Source of the DNA: Bdellovibrionota bacterium
Lineage (GTDB): Bacteria; Bdellovibrionota_C; UBA2361; JBIKUX01
NCBI GenBank assembly: GCA_044347345.1
Contig: JBIKUX010000023.1
Coordinates: forward strand, 1-42,787
Direction of reading: 5' to 3'
DNA length: 42,787 nucleotides
In this document: positions 26,736-36,823 of the stretch, one piece after another
How the letters are laid out: each line of letters starts with the position of its first letter
Numbering within the stretch: the stretch's first letter is position 1
The notes under the pieces: model-generated
Told to the model about the DNA's origin: nothing
What the model saw: the letters and a program-made list of their open reading frames with translations, nothing else
Databases searched by the model: none
Made by a program: the position numbers and the translations under genes

Positions 26736-26845
26736 GCCAAGCAGATGATGATAACTGCCTGTAATTGTCTCAGAGACGCTGTGTAGGAGCGAGAGAGCCA
26801 TGGGCGAGTGTTGGGTTACTCTAGTCCATGGCTTAAAGCAATTTC

Positions 26846-27538
26846 TCAAAACTGATATCCGATACCTACAATGAGAGAAAGATTTTCATAATCTACATCG
26901 TATGAGCCTCGGCTATTACTTAGTTCTGTTCCTGGAGCAGACATAAATCGACCCTCGCCGTAGAAGCGCCAACTGTCATTTAAAGGAACTTCGGCTCCAA
27001 GCATTGCTTGCCAGCCAAAGGCTTCATCTTCTAGGTCACCTTGATTATTTCCATTTACAAACTCAAGATCCCCGTCAATTTCCTGAAGATAGCCAATACC
27101 AAGACCCAAATATGGAGACCAGCTTTTTGCAATGTCAAAATAATAGTAGCCGTTTGCCATGATTGCCACCGACGCCAGATCACCGCTATCAATGAAAGTG
27201 GCACCTGAGGAATTCTTCACTTTGTCTATGTCATTGCTTCGGTAAGTATATTCAAGTTCGGCGGCGATATTCCTATTGAAACGGTATCCTCCAGCGATTC
27301 CCATTATTTGCCCTGTATCTAAATTCGCCTCACCAGAGGGGAAAGAGCTTGAGTTACTCCCATCAAAGTCTGAATCCAGAGCGAAGTTCAGCCCTCCCAT
27401 TAGCTTCAAAAACGTTCCTTGATAGTCTGTGTCATCGGCAAATGCTTGCCCTACGAGACCAAAGAGAAAAACCGTTCCCAGTAGCCAGCTAAATCTTGTC
27501 GCTCTACTCGCCTTCTCAATATTTCTCACCATCTTCAA
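26846..27538 (-). CDS. Outer-membrane beta-barrel protein (8-stranded OmpA/OmpW-like)
   Basis: Signal peptide ending AFA; GGYRF, ELEYTYR, MANGYYYF, PYLGLGIG; C-terminal GIGYQF. Confidence 0.9.
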   Translation of the reverse strand: MKMVRNIEKASRATRFSWLLGTVFLFGLVGQAFADDTDYQGTFLKLMGGLNFALDSDFDGSNSSSFPSGEANLDTGQIMGIAGGYRFNRNIAAELEYTYRSNDIDKVKNSSGATFIDSGDLASVAIMANGYYYFDIAKSWSPYLGLGIGYLQEIDGDLEFVNGNNQGDLEDEAFGWQAMLGAEVPLNDSWRFYGEGRFMSAPGTELSNSRGSYDVDYENLSLIVGIGYQF

Positions 27539-27659
27539 TCCTCCATATTTTAGAGTAAAATTGTTAGCGCTGGGGCAGGAGTGTACCGAACTTATTTACA
27601 GTTAAGTATTTGAAAATGTATTAGTGGTTAGAAAAATGCACGAATGGTAATCTTTCTTC

Positions 27660-28508
27660 ATGAATGAAACGCAAGGAGACACAATCAGTTGGTTTAACTC
27701 GACAGAAGTATCAGTTGAGAAATATTTCTTTTTTAGCTCATTGGCACTAATTATAATCTTTGCTTGGATGGAGCCCGTAGGGGCGGCAGGCATTGGATTT
27801 TGGCGAGGACTCCTGTTTTGGTCGATTCAGATCTCCATTTTAATACCACTGTTAATAGCTACCCAAAATATTATCGCTCCTTATCTGGATATTGGGAATT
27901 CAAAAGCGCCCTGGATACAAACGGTGCTTGCTGGTATGGTCGCCTCTCTTCTGTTTGTTCCGCTTGCGTACTCTCTTGATGTTCTTTTCGCTATTCCTGA
28001 TGACGCGACCGCGATGGGCCTTATACCTGGTTTACTTGATGAAGCCGCAGGTGTTCTTGTACCAGTTACCATCACTTGGTTGGCTCTAAATGCTCCCTGG
28101 ATCTACCAGTTAGATTTTTCAAGGAAAAAATCTAACGCCTCCAATCACACTCAGACAGAGAACGAAACAGTTTTCTCCAAAAACAAACATAGTCGATTTC
28201 TTCAGGAGCTACGAAGTCGAGCCTCTGGTGAGTTAGTTTCAATAAGCTCAGAGCTTCATTACCTCCGTGTCACCACCACCTGTGGCGAGGTTATGTTTCT
28301 CTATAATTTAAAGGATGCGATTGAAGAGCTACCTCCAGATTCTGGTGTGCAGATTCACAGATCTCACTGGGTATCCAAAAAACATGTGAAACAAGTTTTA
28401 AAGAAAAAGGGAAATGCAGAGTGCATTCTTTCTTGTGGCAAGAGCTTACCAGTCAGTCGGAGAAAGTATGCTGAGGTGAAAGAGTTACTCGCTTACAAAA
28501 TTCCTTGA
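27660..28508 (+). CDS. Membrane-anchored LytTR-family regulator
   Basis: About four N-terminal TM segments; C-terminal SELHYLRV, QIHRSHWV and LPVSRR LytTR motifs; divergent from the OMP gene. Confidence 0.9.
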   Translation: MNETQGDTISWFNSTEVSVEKYFFFSSLALIIIFAWMEPVGAAGIGFWRGLLFWSIQISILIPLLIATQNIIAPYLDIGNSKAPWIQTVLAGMVASLLFVPLAYSLDVLFAIPDDATAMGLIPGLLDEAAGVLVPVTITWLALNAPWIYQLDFSRKKSNASNHTQTENETVFSKNKHSRFLQELRSRASGELVSISSELHYLRVTTTCGEVMFLYNLKDAIEELPPDSGVQIHRSHWVSKKHVKQVLKKKGNAECILSCGKSLPVSRRKYAEVKELLAYKIP

Positions 28509-28517
28509 AATATCAGT

Positions 28518-28580
28518 ATGAAATTTGTAATGCTAGGAAGCTCTGGGTAAGTTGGAACTGTGCTTGCTCGTCATTTTTCA
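28518..28580 (+). pseudogene. N-terminal remnant of an NAD(P)-binding epimerase-like (TIGR01777-type) gene
   Basis: MKFVMLGSSG*VGTVLARHF: a Rossmann GxxGxxG start with an internal stop; the rest is absent. Confidence 0.5.
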
Positions 28581-28632
28581 TCAATAGAGTCATTAAGTAT
28601 ATTGTGCCCGGTAGAAGCAGACCTTCTTCTCC

Positions 28633-29040
28633 ATGAATGATATTTGTGAAACAGGTATGATTGGCAAATCAGGGCTTGTGATATTCGATGGCTCGTGTGG
28701 CGCTTGTTCGGCTTTTATTGGAGAGAGAAAAGCATTCTTTCAAAAATATGGATTTACCGTAGCACCACTTCAAGAAGATTGGGTTAGAGATGTTTCAGGG
28801 CTAGATAAAGAAACTTTACTCAAATCAATTCACCTCTATAAACCGAATGGAGATGTCGTTAAAGGTGTTGACTTCTTTCACTACGTTTCAAGTAAAGTTT
28901 GGTGGTTAACGCCCTTTAATCTATTGCTTGGTATCACTGTTCTTAAGCCGCTTTTCATTCTGATTTATGATGCTATTGCAAAGCGAAGGCAAAAAATCTC
29001 AAGAGTCTGTGGATTACAATCAAAAGCGCTTTTCAAGTAA
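28633..29040 (+). CDS. DCC1-like thiol-disulfide oxidoreductase (DUF393)
   Basis: VIFDGSCGAC (DxxCxxC), APLQ, YDAIAKRR. Confidence 0.88.
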   Translation: MNDICETGMIGKSGLVIFDGSCGACSAFIGERKAFFQKYGFTVAPLQEDWVRDVSGLDKETLLKSIHLYKPNGDVVKGVDFFHYVSSKVWWLTPFNLLLGITVLKPLFILIYDAIAKRRQKISRVCGLQSKALFK

Positions 29041-29645
29041 AAAAACTTTCTTTCCGTATTCTAGCCGAACCTTTCAATCGCTAAAAAAGCTCAGTAGCAC
29101 ACTAAATTTTATCAATAATGACCGAAGCTAGAGCTGCATGAGATTACAGAAAGAGAGTTGAATGAAACTAAGCTAGTTTTTGCTGTTTAAGCATATTAGC
29201 GCCGCTTATATTTATGATTGTGAGGTGTACCATTTTATTACGGAGGTTGTGTATTTACTGAATATGCAATGTCTGGGCAGATGAATCCATTCTTAGAGCG
29301 ATATTTTCCCCTAGGGTTATTTGAAATTGGCGAAGTGCAGAGTTCTCTTTTAGAAAAGTTTAGCGGTTAAGATCTATTATGGGGAGAATCTAGAAATCTT
29401 CAGAAGATTCCGATTACGAGTGCGATTCCGATGGGACAGAAAACTAGAATTGATGGTAAAAGTAAAAGTGTGTGGCTTTGCTTTTGAATGATTTATTAAG
29501 TTGGAAAAGATCCTTTAGAAAATCTGTGAAATCTAAGAAATAGAAGATGGATGGGAGATTTTACAAAACCGGCATTTTAGAGAGTTAGAAAGGAGTTCAA
29601 GCTAACATAGAATATTTTTGTGCTATCTTTGTGGGGCAGATGTTT

Positions 29646-29688
29646 GTATTTAGCCCATCGTGGTATTTAGCCTACCGTGATATTTAGC
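29646..29688. repeat. 17-bp-period imperfect direct repeat (three TATTTAGC cores)
   Basis: gTATTTAGCccatcgtg gTATTTAGCctaccgtg aTATTTAGC, 60 bp upstream of ORF 29749. Confidence 0.7.
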
Positions 29689-29748
29689 AGAAACTTTAGT
29701 AAATCAGAGTTAATTGATCTTTCGGTGATATTTAAACAATGAAAGCCT

Positions 29749-30312
29749 ATGAAACTTACCCAATCAGTCATCACCAAGCTAGTTGTTGCCATTACATGCG
29801 CTCTAGGAGTTACGATGATGTGCGCAAGGCCAGCAACTGCAATACCTCTAACTGAACAAGATTACCTTTCGTTTAACACCTCGACTCGGAATAGGGCTAA
29901 GGCAGAGAAGCGGTTCAGTCGAGCTATTCAGATTGTTTATGGTAATCAGGAGTTATTTAAGAACTATTTTGGCAGCCGTGGTTCTGCACTTAAACAGGTG
30001 ATTACTCTTCGAAGCTCCAGAGGTTCAATCACATTTCGGGGTACCGGTAACCAAAATATTACCTCGCTCGATTTGAACCAAAATGCACGTGTTGGAAAGG
30101 ACATCTTTAAAGTAGTAGTAGACAATGCGAGTTGCCAGATACGGAAGAAGGCACCTGAACCGTGTCAGGCTGAGATTCGTGTGATTAAGGGGAGGACTTC
30201 TATTTCAGATCGAATTATTGCTACCGGAAGTAATGGGATTCAGTATGATTCCGGTAGCATTGATGTTTCCAGTGGTTGGATTGTATTTCTTAGTGGTCAG
30301 TCTAAAAATTAA
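29749..30312 (+). CDS. Exported hypothetical protein
   Basis: Signal-peptide-like N-terminus ending PATA; basic, beta-rich mature part. Confidence 0.7.
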   Translation: MKLTQSVITKLVVAITCALGVTMMCARPATAIPLTEQDYLSFNTSTRNRAKAEKRFSRAIQIVYGNQELFKNYFGSRGSALKQVITLRSSRGSITFRGTGNQNITSLDLNQNARVGKDIFKVVVDNASCQIRKKAPEPCQAEIRVIKGRTSISDRIIATGSNGIQYDSGSIDVSSGWIVFLSGQSKN

Positions 30313-30496
30313 ATCAAGATCAGTCGCTACTTTAGTGTTGTATGATTGACGATATAAAAAGGGCATTTTCTCTTTAAATGTTAGTTTTACGGGTCACTAT
30401 TGGTACTTATATTGTTTGTATTATTGCGCTTACAGCACCTTTAGTTGTTCTCTGATCGAGAGTAGGCTTTAATACTAAAAAACTTGAGTTCAGACT

Positions 30497-31030
30497 ATGA
30501 GTAATATTGAGGTTCGTTCGATATCTTGCCTGGATTTGGCCAAATCAAAAGATAACACCCTTTTGCTTGATGTGCGCACTCCTGCTGAATTTGGCGACGC
30601 GCACATTGAGGGCGCAGTCCTCCATCCGCTAAGTGACCTCGATGCTCAGGTGATACAGCAACTTGCCGCCGGTAAAGATCGGTGTATCGTTGTGTGTCGT
30701 TCCGGTACTCGTGCACGTCAAGCCGCTGAAAAGCTAGTTAGTAGAATTTCGAATCTTTTAGTCTTGGAAGGAGGAGTATCAGCGTGGGAGAGCGCTGGTC
30801 TGCCCCTTATCAGAGGAAAAAAAGCAATTTCGCTCGAGCGGCAGGTGCGAATTGCCGCAGGTGCTCTTGTAGTTCTCGGTACATTACTCGGCACTTTTGT
30901 AAGTTCAATTTGGTACATCTTGAGCGCTTTTATCGGAGTAGGGTTAGTTTTTTCTGGGGTAACCGATACATGTGGAATGGCGATGGTTCTTGCAAGGATG
31001 CCTTGGAACAAAGCTCGCGGGCGGGTGTAG
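30497..31030 (+). CDS. Rhodanese-domain membrane protein (YgaP / DUF2892-like)
   Basis: LLDVRTPAEF, HIEGA, VCRSGTRA, LEGGVSAW, then LERQVRIAAG with two TM helices and DTCGM. Confidence 0.92.
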   Translation: MSNIEVRSISCLDLAKSKDNTLLLDVRTPAEFGDAHIEGAVLHPLSDLDAQVIQQLAAGKDRCIVVCRSGTRARQAAEKLVSRISNLLVLEGGVSAWESAGLPLIRGKKAISLERQVRIAAGALVVLGTLLGTFVSSIWYILSAFIGVGLVFSGVTDTCGMAMVLARMPWNKARGRV

Positions 31031-31108
31031 TTGTAGTTACCTCTCATCTATACAAAAAGGAACGAAGATCAATCAAAATTAAAATAAACATTAAGTAGTA
31101 GGCGCGTT

Positions 31109-32611
31109 ATGTTACTTCGTCAGATATTTGATCCCTATCTCGCTCAGTACGCTTATCTTGTCGGTTGCCAGCGTTCCGGCGAGGCTCTTATTATCGACCC
31201 TGAGCGAGATATTGACCAATACTACAGTCTTGCTGAAGAGAACGGCCTTATTATTACAGCAGTTGCAGAAACCCACATTCACGCTGATTTCGTTAGCGGT
31301 GGGCAGAACTTTGCAAATAATTCTATGATTCATCTCTATTTATCAGGAGAAGGAGGAGCTGATTGGTCTTATCGCTGGCCGGGCACCAGGCCTAATACTC
31401 ACATATTGCGAAATGGCGACTGTTTTACAGTTGGGCACATTAAGATAGAAGTTCTGCATACACCAGGACACACGCCAGAGCATATTTCATTTTTAATCAC
31501 GGATGTTGGGAGTGGCGCCACTGAACCAATGGCTCTTGTATCTGGCGATTTTCTCTTTGTTGGCGATGTTGGTCGGCCAGATCTTTTGGAGTCTGCGGCT
31601 GGAGTGAAAAATGTAATGGAGTCGTCGGCTCGCACACTGCAAGAGTCGCTTAAGGTACGTCTTGAGCCATTAGCTGATTTTCTGCAAATCTTGCCCGCTC
31701 ATGGAGCAGGTAGTGCATGTGGAAAAACTCTTGGCGCTGTACCTATGACTACTCTTGGCTACGAGCGACGCTTTAATCATGCGTTAAAGCTTGCAAATAC
31801 TGACTGTGAGAGATTTGTTACAGATATCCTGCAAGGTCAGCCGAATCCACCTCTCTATTTTGCGACTATGAAGAGAGTTAACAGAGATGGCGTTAAGGAG
31901 GTCACCGGTAGGTTACCGCTTGGCCGGCATCTATCTAGTGAGAGCTTTTCTGCCCTGTTTAGTGAGATGAGTGGTGACGGCGTTAGAGATAGGAAAGGAG
32001 CTAGTGAGAGTGACAGAGACTCAGCAATACAAGTGCTTGATGTTCGTATGAATCGAGAAGTTTACGACGCAGGCCATATTGCGCGAGCAATTTGGGCACC
32101 ACTTCGTTCGAGCTTTTTTTCAATGGCTGCCGGGTCGTTTTTAACTGAATCCAATCAGATAGTTTTAATTGTCGACCATGAAAGCGATGTTGACTTAGCA
32201 GCACGTCAGCTTTACCGGATAGGGTTGGATGGGCTTATTGGTTGGATGACGGCGAATGAAGCTGAAGTTGCTGGTCTACTTACCGTGCAGACAAAACGGA
32301 TCAAATTTGCTGATTTTGACCCAGTGCGTGCATGTTCTACTGGGGTGATAGTTGACGTTAGAACGACTGCTGAATTTGAAAAAAGTCATCTAAAAGGAGC
32401 TTACTCCATGCCGTATACTCGGTTAAAAGAGCATACTCAAGAGTTGCCGAGAGGCAAGACTCTTTTTGTGCACTGCGCTTCAGGTAAGCGCGCATCGCTT
32501 GCAACATCTTTCTTGGTATCAGAGGGGTTTGACGCTGTGCACATTGATGGAATTTTTGGCCAGTGTGGTGCTGGGAATAGTGGTGCTGGAAATAGTGGTG
32601 CTGGGCTTTGA
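31109..32611 (+). CDS. MBL-fold persulfide dioxygenase-rhodanese fusion (CstB-like)
   Basis: ETHIHADF, HTPGHTPEH, GDFLFVGDVGRPDL, PAHGAGSACGK; two rhodanese domains, the last with VHCASGKRA. Confidence 0.9.
   Translation: MLLRQIFDPYLAQYAYLVGCQRSGEALIIDPERDIDQYYSLAEENGLIITAVAETHIHADFVSGGQNFANNSMIHLYLSGEGGADWSYRWPGTRPNTHILRNGDCFTVGHIKIEVLHTPGHTPEHISFLITDVGSGATEPMALVSGDFLFVGDVGRPDLLESAAGVKNVMESSARTLQESLKVRLEPLADFLQILPAHGAGSACGKTLGAVPMTTLGYERRFNHALKLANTDCERFVTDILQGQPNPPLYFATMKRVNRDGVKEVTGRLPLGRHLSSESFSALFSEMSGDGVRDRKGASESDRDSAIQVLDVRMNREVYDAGHIARAIWAPLRSSFFSMAAGSFLTESNQIVLIVDHESDVDLAARQLYRIGLDGLIGWMTANEAEVAGLLTVQTKRIKFADFDPVRACSTGVIVDVRTTAEFEKSHLKGAYSMPYTRLKEHTQELPRGKTLFVHCASGKRASLATSFLVSEGFDAVHIDGIFGQCGAGNSGAGNSGAGL
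32563..32606 (+). repeat. 15-bp coding minisatellite (SGAGN units) at the gene's 3' end
   Basis: GTGGTGCTGG(G/A)AATA repeated about 2.7 times. Confidence 0.75.
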
Positions 32612-32699
32612 ATGACAAACGGCTTTAAATGGCTGTAATCTTTGTTTTGTGAAGAGTACCTCCTTACTTCTAGCTTAAATTGATTTTGCTTAAGTTAGC

Positions 32700-33281
32700 T
32701 TAGAGGTTCTTTATCATTTCGATAATCTGCAAAGCCTGTGCGGGTGAGAATCCACGATTATGAAACCATCTTAATTTACCTTCGGAGTCTAAAAGAGCAA
32801 CATGAGCGTTTCTCCCCCCTTCGTTGCCAAGAAATTCTCGAATCTTTGCGGCATCGTTATATACGGTTACAACCGCACCCCAATCTTCTTGAGGAATGCC
32901 TCTTCTCATACCTTCATTGATGAAGCTTTTTGCTAACCTTGCTCCTAAGCTCTCTATTGTAGGGACTTCTATCACGGTAATGTTTACTTTAAGTTGAAGT
33001 AAAGCGAGCATCCATCTATCAATATCAAACTGAGACTCTTGCTCGTAACCTACGAGTAGCAAAATTGGTTTGCCTAAGTAGTAATCTGGCAGAGTTACTG
33101 ACTCTCCACTTAATTTTTCGCCCTGTATTGTCGGAAATCTTGAACTAAGTGAGCTCGTTAAAAACTCTTGTTTAGTTCCAGAACAACCCAGACAAAGTAA
33201 AAGACCGCAAAAAAGAAGAAAAATCGAATTAACCCTGATCACAATGTTTTTCATACGCATATTTTGCTTCGCATTAAGCAT
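32700..33281 (-). CDS. Thioredoxin-like-fold (ATP10-like) putative lipoprotein
   Basis: Hydrophobic leader with CLGC lipobox; LSGESVTLPD...QFDIDRW and VALLDSEGKLRW; no CxxC in the mature part. Confidence 0.65.
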   Translation of the reverse strand: MLNAKQNMRMKNIVIRVNSIFLLFCGLLLCLGCSGTKQEFLTSSLSSRFPTIQGEKLSGESVTLPDYYLGKPILLLVGYEQESQFDIDRWMLALLQLKVNITVIEVPTIESLGARLAKSFINEGMRRGIPQEDWGAVVTVYNDAAKIREFLGNEGGRNAHVALLDSEGKLRWFHNRGFSPAQALQIIEMIKNL

Positions 33282-33454
33282 TTTGGTTTAGTTTAACCTA
33301 AACGTTATGCTACTTTAGTATTTCAAATGCCACCTTTATTTAACAGAGAGTAAAGCATTATGGCCTGTGTGACCGTTCTCTAAAACTCAATTTTTCCTTT
33401 AGCGATAAAAATATATTTAGACTTAGTGCTTACTAATTTTTTAGTTAGGTGTTT

Positions 33455-34960
33455 TTACGGTTTAATAAAAAAGTAACCTGCTCCGTCAATTGATTGTAAT
33501 TTAATGGTAAGCTTGTTTTTTTCTATATACTCGTTTACGGCTTGGCGAGAGCCTGTCCAAGTGCCGTAGTCATCAATGATACAAATGCCGCCTCTATTTA
33601 GTCTAGGATAGAGGTGCTCTAGTTCGTGTTTAGTGGAGCTGTACCAGTCTGTATCAAGCCTAAGTAAAGCTATTTCAGTTGGAGTATTATCATCCGGAAT
33701 CGTAGTTTCGACGGGTCCTTTAATGAAGTGTATAAATTGTGGTGGATAATATGTACGACTCAGGTTTTTTTGCACATCTTCAATAGGTGCAAATGCCCAA
33801 TAGTGGTTGTTTTTATCTTTTTGATGATTGCGCAGATACTCTGCAGCTAGTTTACCTGATGTTATATCGGCATCAGCCTCGGTAGGGGGAGTCATCCCCT
33901 CAAAAGTGTCGTACAGATAAATAGCACGATTGGTCACTCCATTACGCAAGAAGGTGAGTGCCGCAGTCATTGAATTTCCTCCACGCCATACTCCACACTC
34001 AACAAAAGCGCCCGATATGTTGTTTAGTAAAATATGTTCAACTGAGCTGATGGTGTTTAAAATTCTTGCTTCAGGTACCATCGTGAATTCTTTAACTGAC
34101 TCGATAATCATACGGTTACAGTCAGAGATAACGTTACTTTTTTCAGCTCTTTTTGTGCATATAAAATGCTGAAGTAGAATTGTATCTGAATTGCTCGCTT
34201 GAAAATTTGGCTTGTAGGGGGGTAGGCCAGAGTTTTTAGGAATGTAACTGAATCCGCTTCGGGTGAGCGCAAAATCCCAGTGAATATCGCTGTAAATTAT
34301 ATCTCCTAGGTATGGGTCGATTAAAATACCTGAGGCTGAAAATTGTTTTTCGTACTCTTTAAATTGCTTTGTATTTAACTCTTGTATGAGTTCACCTAAG
34401 TTTAGTTCCAAGAGTTCAATCCACCGATTAAAGGTAGGGGGAGTTTCATTAAGAATTACCAGAGTTCCTGAGGGATTAAGGACTCTGTATATTTCTTTTA
34501 AAAGGTCTAGCAGGTTAGGCGCGTGGTGCAGAGCTGAGCTAGAGACAACTAGGTCATAGTAGTGGTTATCAACTGGTAGCGGTGAAAACAAGCCATGAAT
34601 CGGAACTATTTTCTTTGAGTTTCCGTCTAATGCTTTAACGATAGAAGGAAGCATTCTTTGCAGAAGATTTTTATCGGCATCTAAGGCGTGGATTGTGTTT
34701 ATTGAGTCAAATTTGGAGAGCATTGCACTAAGCCAACCAGTACCGCAGCCTAAATCTAGAGCAATTAAATCTTTTCCGCGCGTTATCTCCTGCCATGGTA
34801 TTACTGATGTAGCTTCTTGGTAATTCCAGATATCTCGGTGGGCTTTGAGATGTTCTTCTGGGTCTGACCACATTAATTGGTATTGTGGGTAAAAGTTCTG
34901 AAGGGCTTGACCCCACTGAGCGGATTGAAGTTCCATCTGTTTGCTGAGCCACGAAAACAT
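33455..34960 (-). CDS. Fusion of a class I SAM methyltransferase and a TylF/MycF/NovP-family O-methyltransferase
   Basis: N-domain LDLGCGTGW and SALHH; C-domain FVECGVWRGG, YDTFEGM, LLRLDTDWYSST, IIDDYG. Confidence 0.88.
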   Translation of the reverse strand: MFSWLSKQMELQSAQWGQALQNFYPQYQLMWSDPEEHLKAHRDIWNYQEATSVIPWQEITRGKDLIALDLGCGTGWLSAMLSKFDSINTIHALDADKNLLQRMLPSIVKALDGNSKKIVPIHGLFSPLPVDNHYYDLVVSSSALHHAPNLLDLLKEIYRVLNPSGTLVILNETPPTFNRWIELLELNLGELIQELNTKQFKEYEKQFSASGILIDPYLGDIIYSDIHWDFALTRSGFSYIPKNSGLPPYKPNFQASNSDTILLQHFICTKRAEKSNVISDCNRMIIESVKEFTMVPEARILNTISSVEHILLNNISGAFVECGVWRGGNSMTAALTFLRNGVTNRAIYLYDTFEGMTPPTEADADITSGKLAAEYLRNHQKDKNNHYWAFAPIEDVQKNLSRTYYPPQFIHFIKGPVETTIPDDNTPTEIALLRLDTDWYSSTKHELEHLYPRLNRGGICIIDDYGTWTGSRQAVNEYIEKNKLTIKLQSIDGAGYFFIKP

Positions 34961-35932
34961 TTTTTTCCCCTGAGTGTTGGATCTATCTGAAAGTATGATT
35001 AGTTTTAATCAATATCTGTAGCGGATTATTATGTAGGTAGTCTCCGTAAACCTTTGCTCAGTATCAACAAACTGGTTAATAGAGTAAGAATTGAGTTTAA
35101 AAAATTGCCAGCGCAAAAATCTTTTGCATAGCTAAAATTGGTGTAGTAGCTAAATTAAAGAAGGTTACATCAGAAACAAACACGTGTATAACCGCGACCT
35201 ACATCAAAGAGCTTGATTATCCCTAAAGGCGTTAAGGGTTGTGGTTCTTGAATGACCGTTAATTGAAAGACCGTTATTCGCAAAATAACAGTTCATATTA
35301 ACATAATTGCTTAGTTAAAATTATTTAGCGTTCACTAAAACCGAAGCATTTGAGCATCCCGACTTGTTTCCAACTGGGTTACGGCAGCCGACTTGGAATG
35401 AAATTTTGAAAGCAGACTATACTGACCGCAAAGTTACCCTGAATGAACCTGAATGAAATTGTGCACGGAGTCATTTAGAATTTCTTGAAACATTAAGGTG
35501 CTGCTGATGGCTGGGTAGAAGCGCTACCAGGTGTATCACCGCAGGATTTTGTGAGCTATGGAAGGTAGTTTCATAACACCAGATTAGTTTCCTCAGCATG
35601 AAGGGGTGTTAAGCGAGTTAAATGAGAAATTTAATGAAGGTTGACTTGACCCGAGAATCTGTTTGCGGCTGAAACGGCAACAATCTTAAATAGTGGCTTA
35701 GTACCGACCACTCACCCCGAGGGTAGATGAGTTACCTTTGGCCTATGATGCTTTGATTGAAAAAGCCACCGGAAATCATAGCTAAGATTGAGAATCGTCA
35801 ACAAACTAATCCTCAAATAGATGGTAGCGTCGCTCCTCTCCCTTTAACTTCTACTGCGCAATCATTTAAGTTTATCGCATTTAGAAGATTATCGAATCCC
35901 CGCAGCCCTTTCTCCCGCCCGTCATCTTCCGA

Positions 35933-36760
35933 TTAACTTTCCTTACGCTTCAGAGAGCGCACAATTTTACTAAAAAGTCCGGTCAATATTGCCATCTCTC
36001 TTTCATCAAGTTCGAGTCTGCGAAATATCATTTTAACTAAGCCAGGAATTGGTGCTGGTGTACCTACTCGTAGAAACCCTGAGCTAACCATAGAATTATA
36101 AACTAAAGAGTCGAGGGTATCATAAGAGCTGAGCTTTGCACGGGGATGCCCCACTTGCTTATCTGGGTTGACATTGTTTTCAGGGGGACTTTGAGATTTT
36201 TCATCTTGTTTATTCTCATTTTGCAAGAAAAAGTCTCTTGATATTTCATATAAGCAAAGCAGCACCGCTTGGGCTAAATTAAAGGATGAGTACTCAGAGT
36301 AAGCGGGGATTCTTACCAAAGAACGGCAATATGTGACGTGTTCGTTTCTTAGGCCTGTATCTTCAGGCCCGAACATAACGGCAGTTTTAATCGTTTTGCG
36401 AGCACTGCAAAGCTCGGCACCCCATGAACTAAGCGTTGTGCCTATAAAAATATTTTTTTTGATGTCGCGCGCAGAAAATCCAACAACATCCTCACAGTCT
36501 GCCAGAGCTTCAGGTAGGCTACTGACAAAACGAGCATTATTAAAAACAATCTGACCTTCTTCTCGGGAGGTTATTGCGACACGTTTCGGATCAATATACC
36601 GTTTAGTGACGATTCGTAGATCAGAAAATTTAAGGTTACGCATAGCACGAGCAACCATACCCACATTTAGGTCATCGATTGGCTCAACTAAAACAACACT
36701 TACTAACGGAAGAGGTGTGTTACTATTATTCATAACTGGCCATATTAACGCCCTTCCCAA
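35933..36760 (-). CDS. trmJ: SPOUT RNA methyltransferase, TrmJ/TrmH family
   Basis: VVLVEP...NVGMVARAMRN, MFGPEDTGL, SFNLAQAV. Confidence 0.88.
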   Translation of the reverse strand: MGRALIWPVMNNSNTPLPLVSVVLVEPIDDLNVGMVARAMRNLKFSDLRIVTKRYIDPKRVAITSREEGQIVFNNARFVSSLPEALADCEDVVGFSARDIKKNIFIGTTLSSWGAELCSARKTIKTAVMFGPEDTGLRNEHVTYCRSLVRIPAYSEYSSFNLAQAVLLCLYEISRDFFLQNENKQDEKSQSPPENNVNPDKQVGHPRAKLSSYDTLDSLVYNSMVSSGFLRVGTPAPIPGLVKMIFRRLELDEREMAILTGLFSKIVRSLKRKES

Positions 36761-36823
36761 AGTGAGTCCAAATAAGAGAAAAAGATAAAGCGAAAAAATT
36801 TTGCTGGGTAAGGAGTTTATAGA

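Noticed and set aside
29130-29470. Possible remnant of a minimal nucleotidyltransferase gene
   Set aside because: Only a vague LFEIGEVQSSLLEKF resemblance; too decayed to support.
34961-35932. 1-kb intergenic region as an ncRNA or gene
   Set aside because: No dense stem pattern or intact ORF. It may be a decayed gene, but I could not assign a family.
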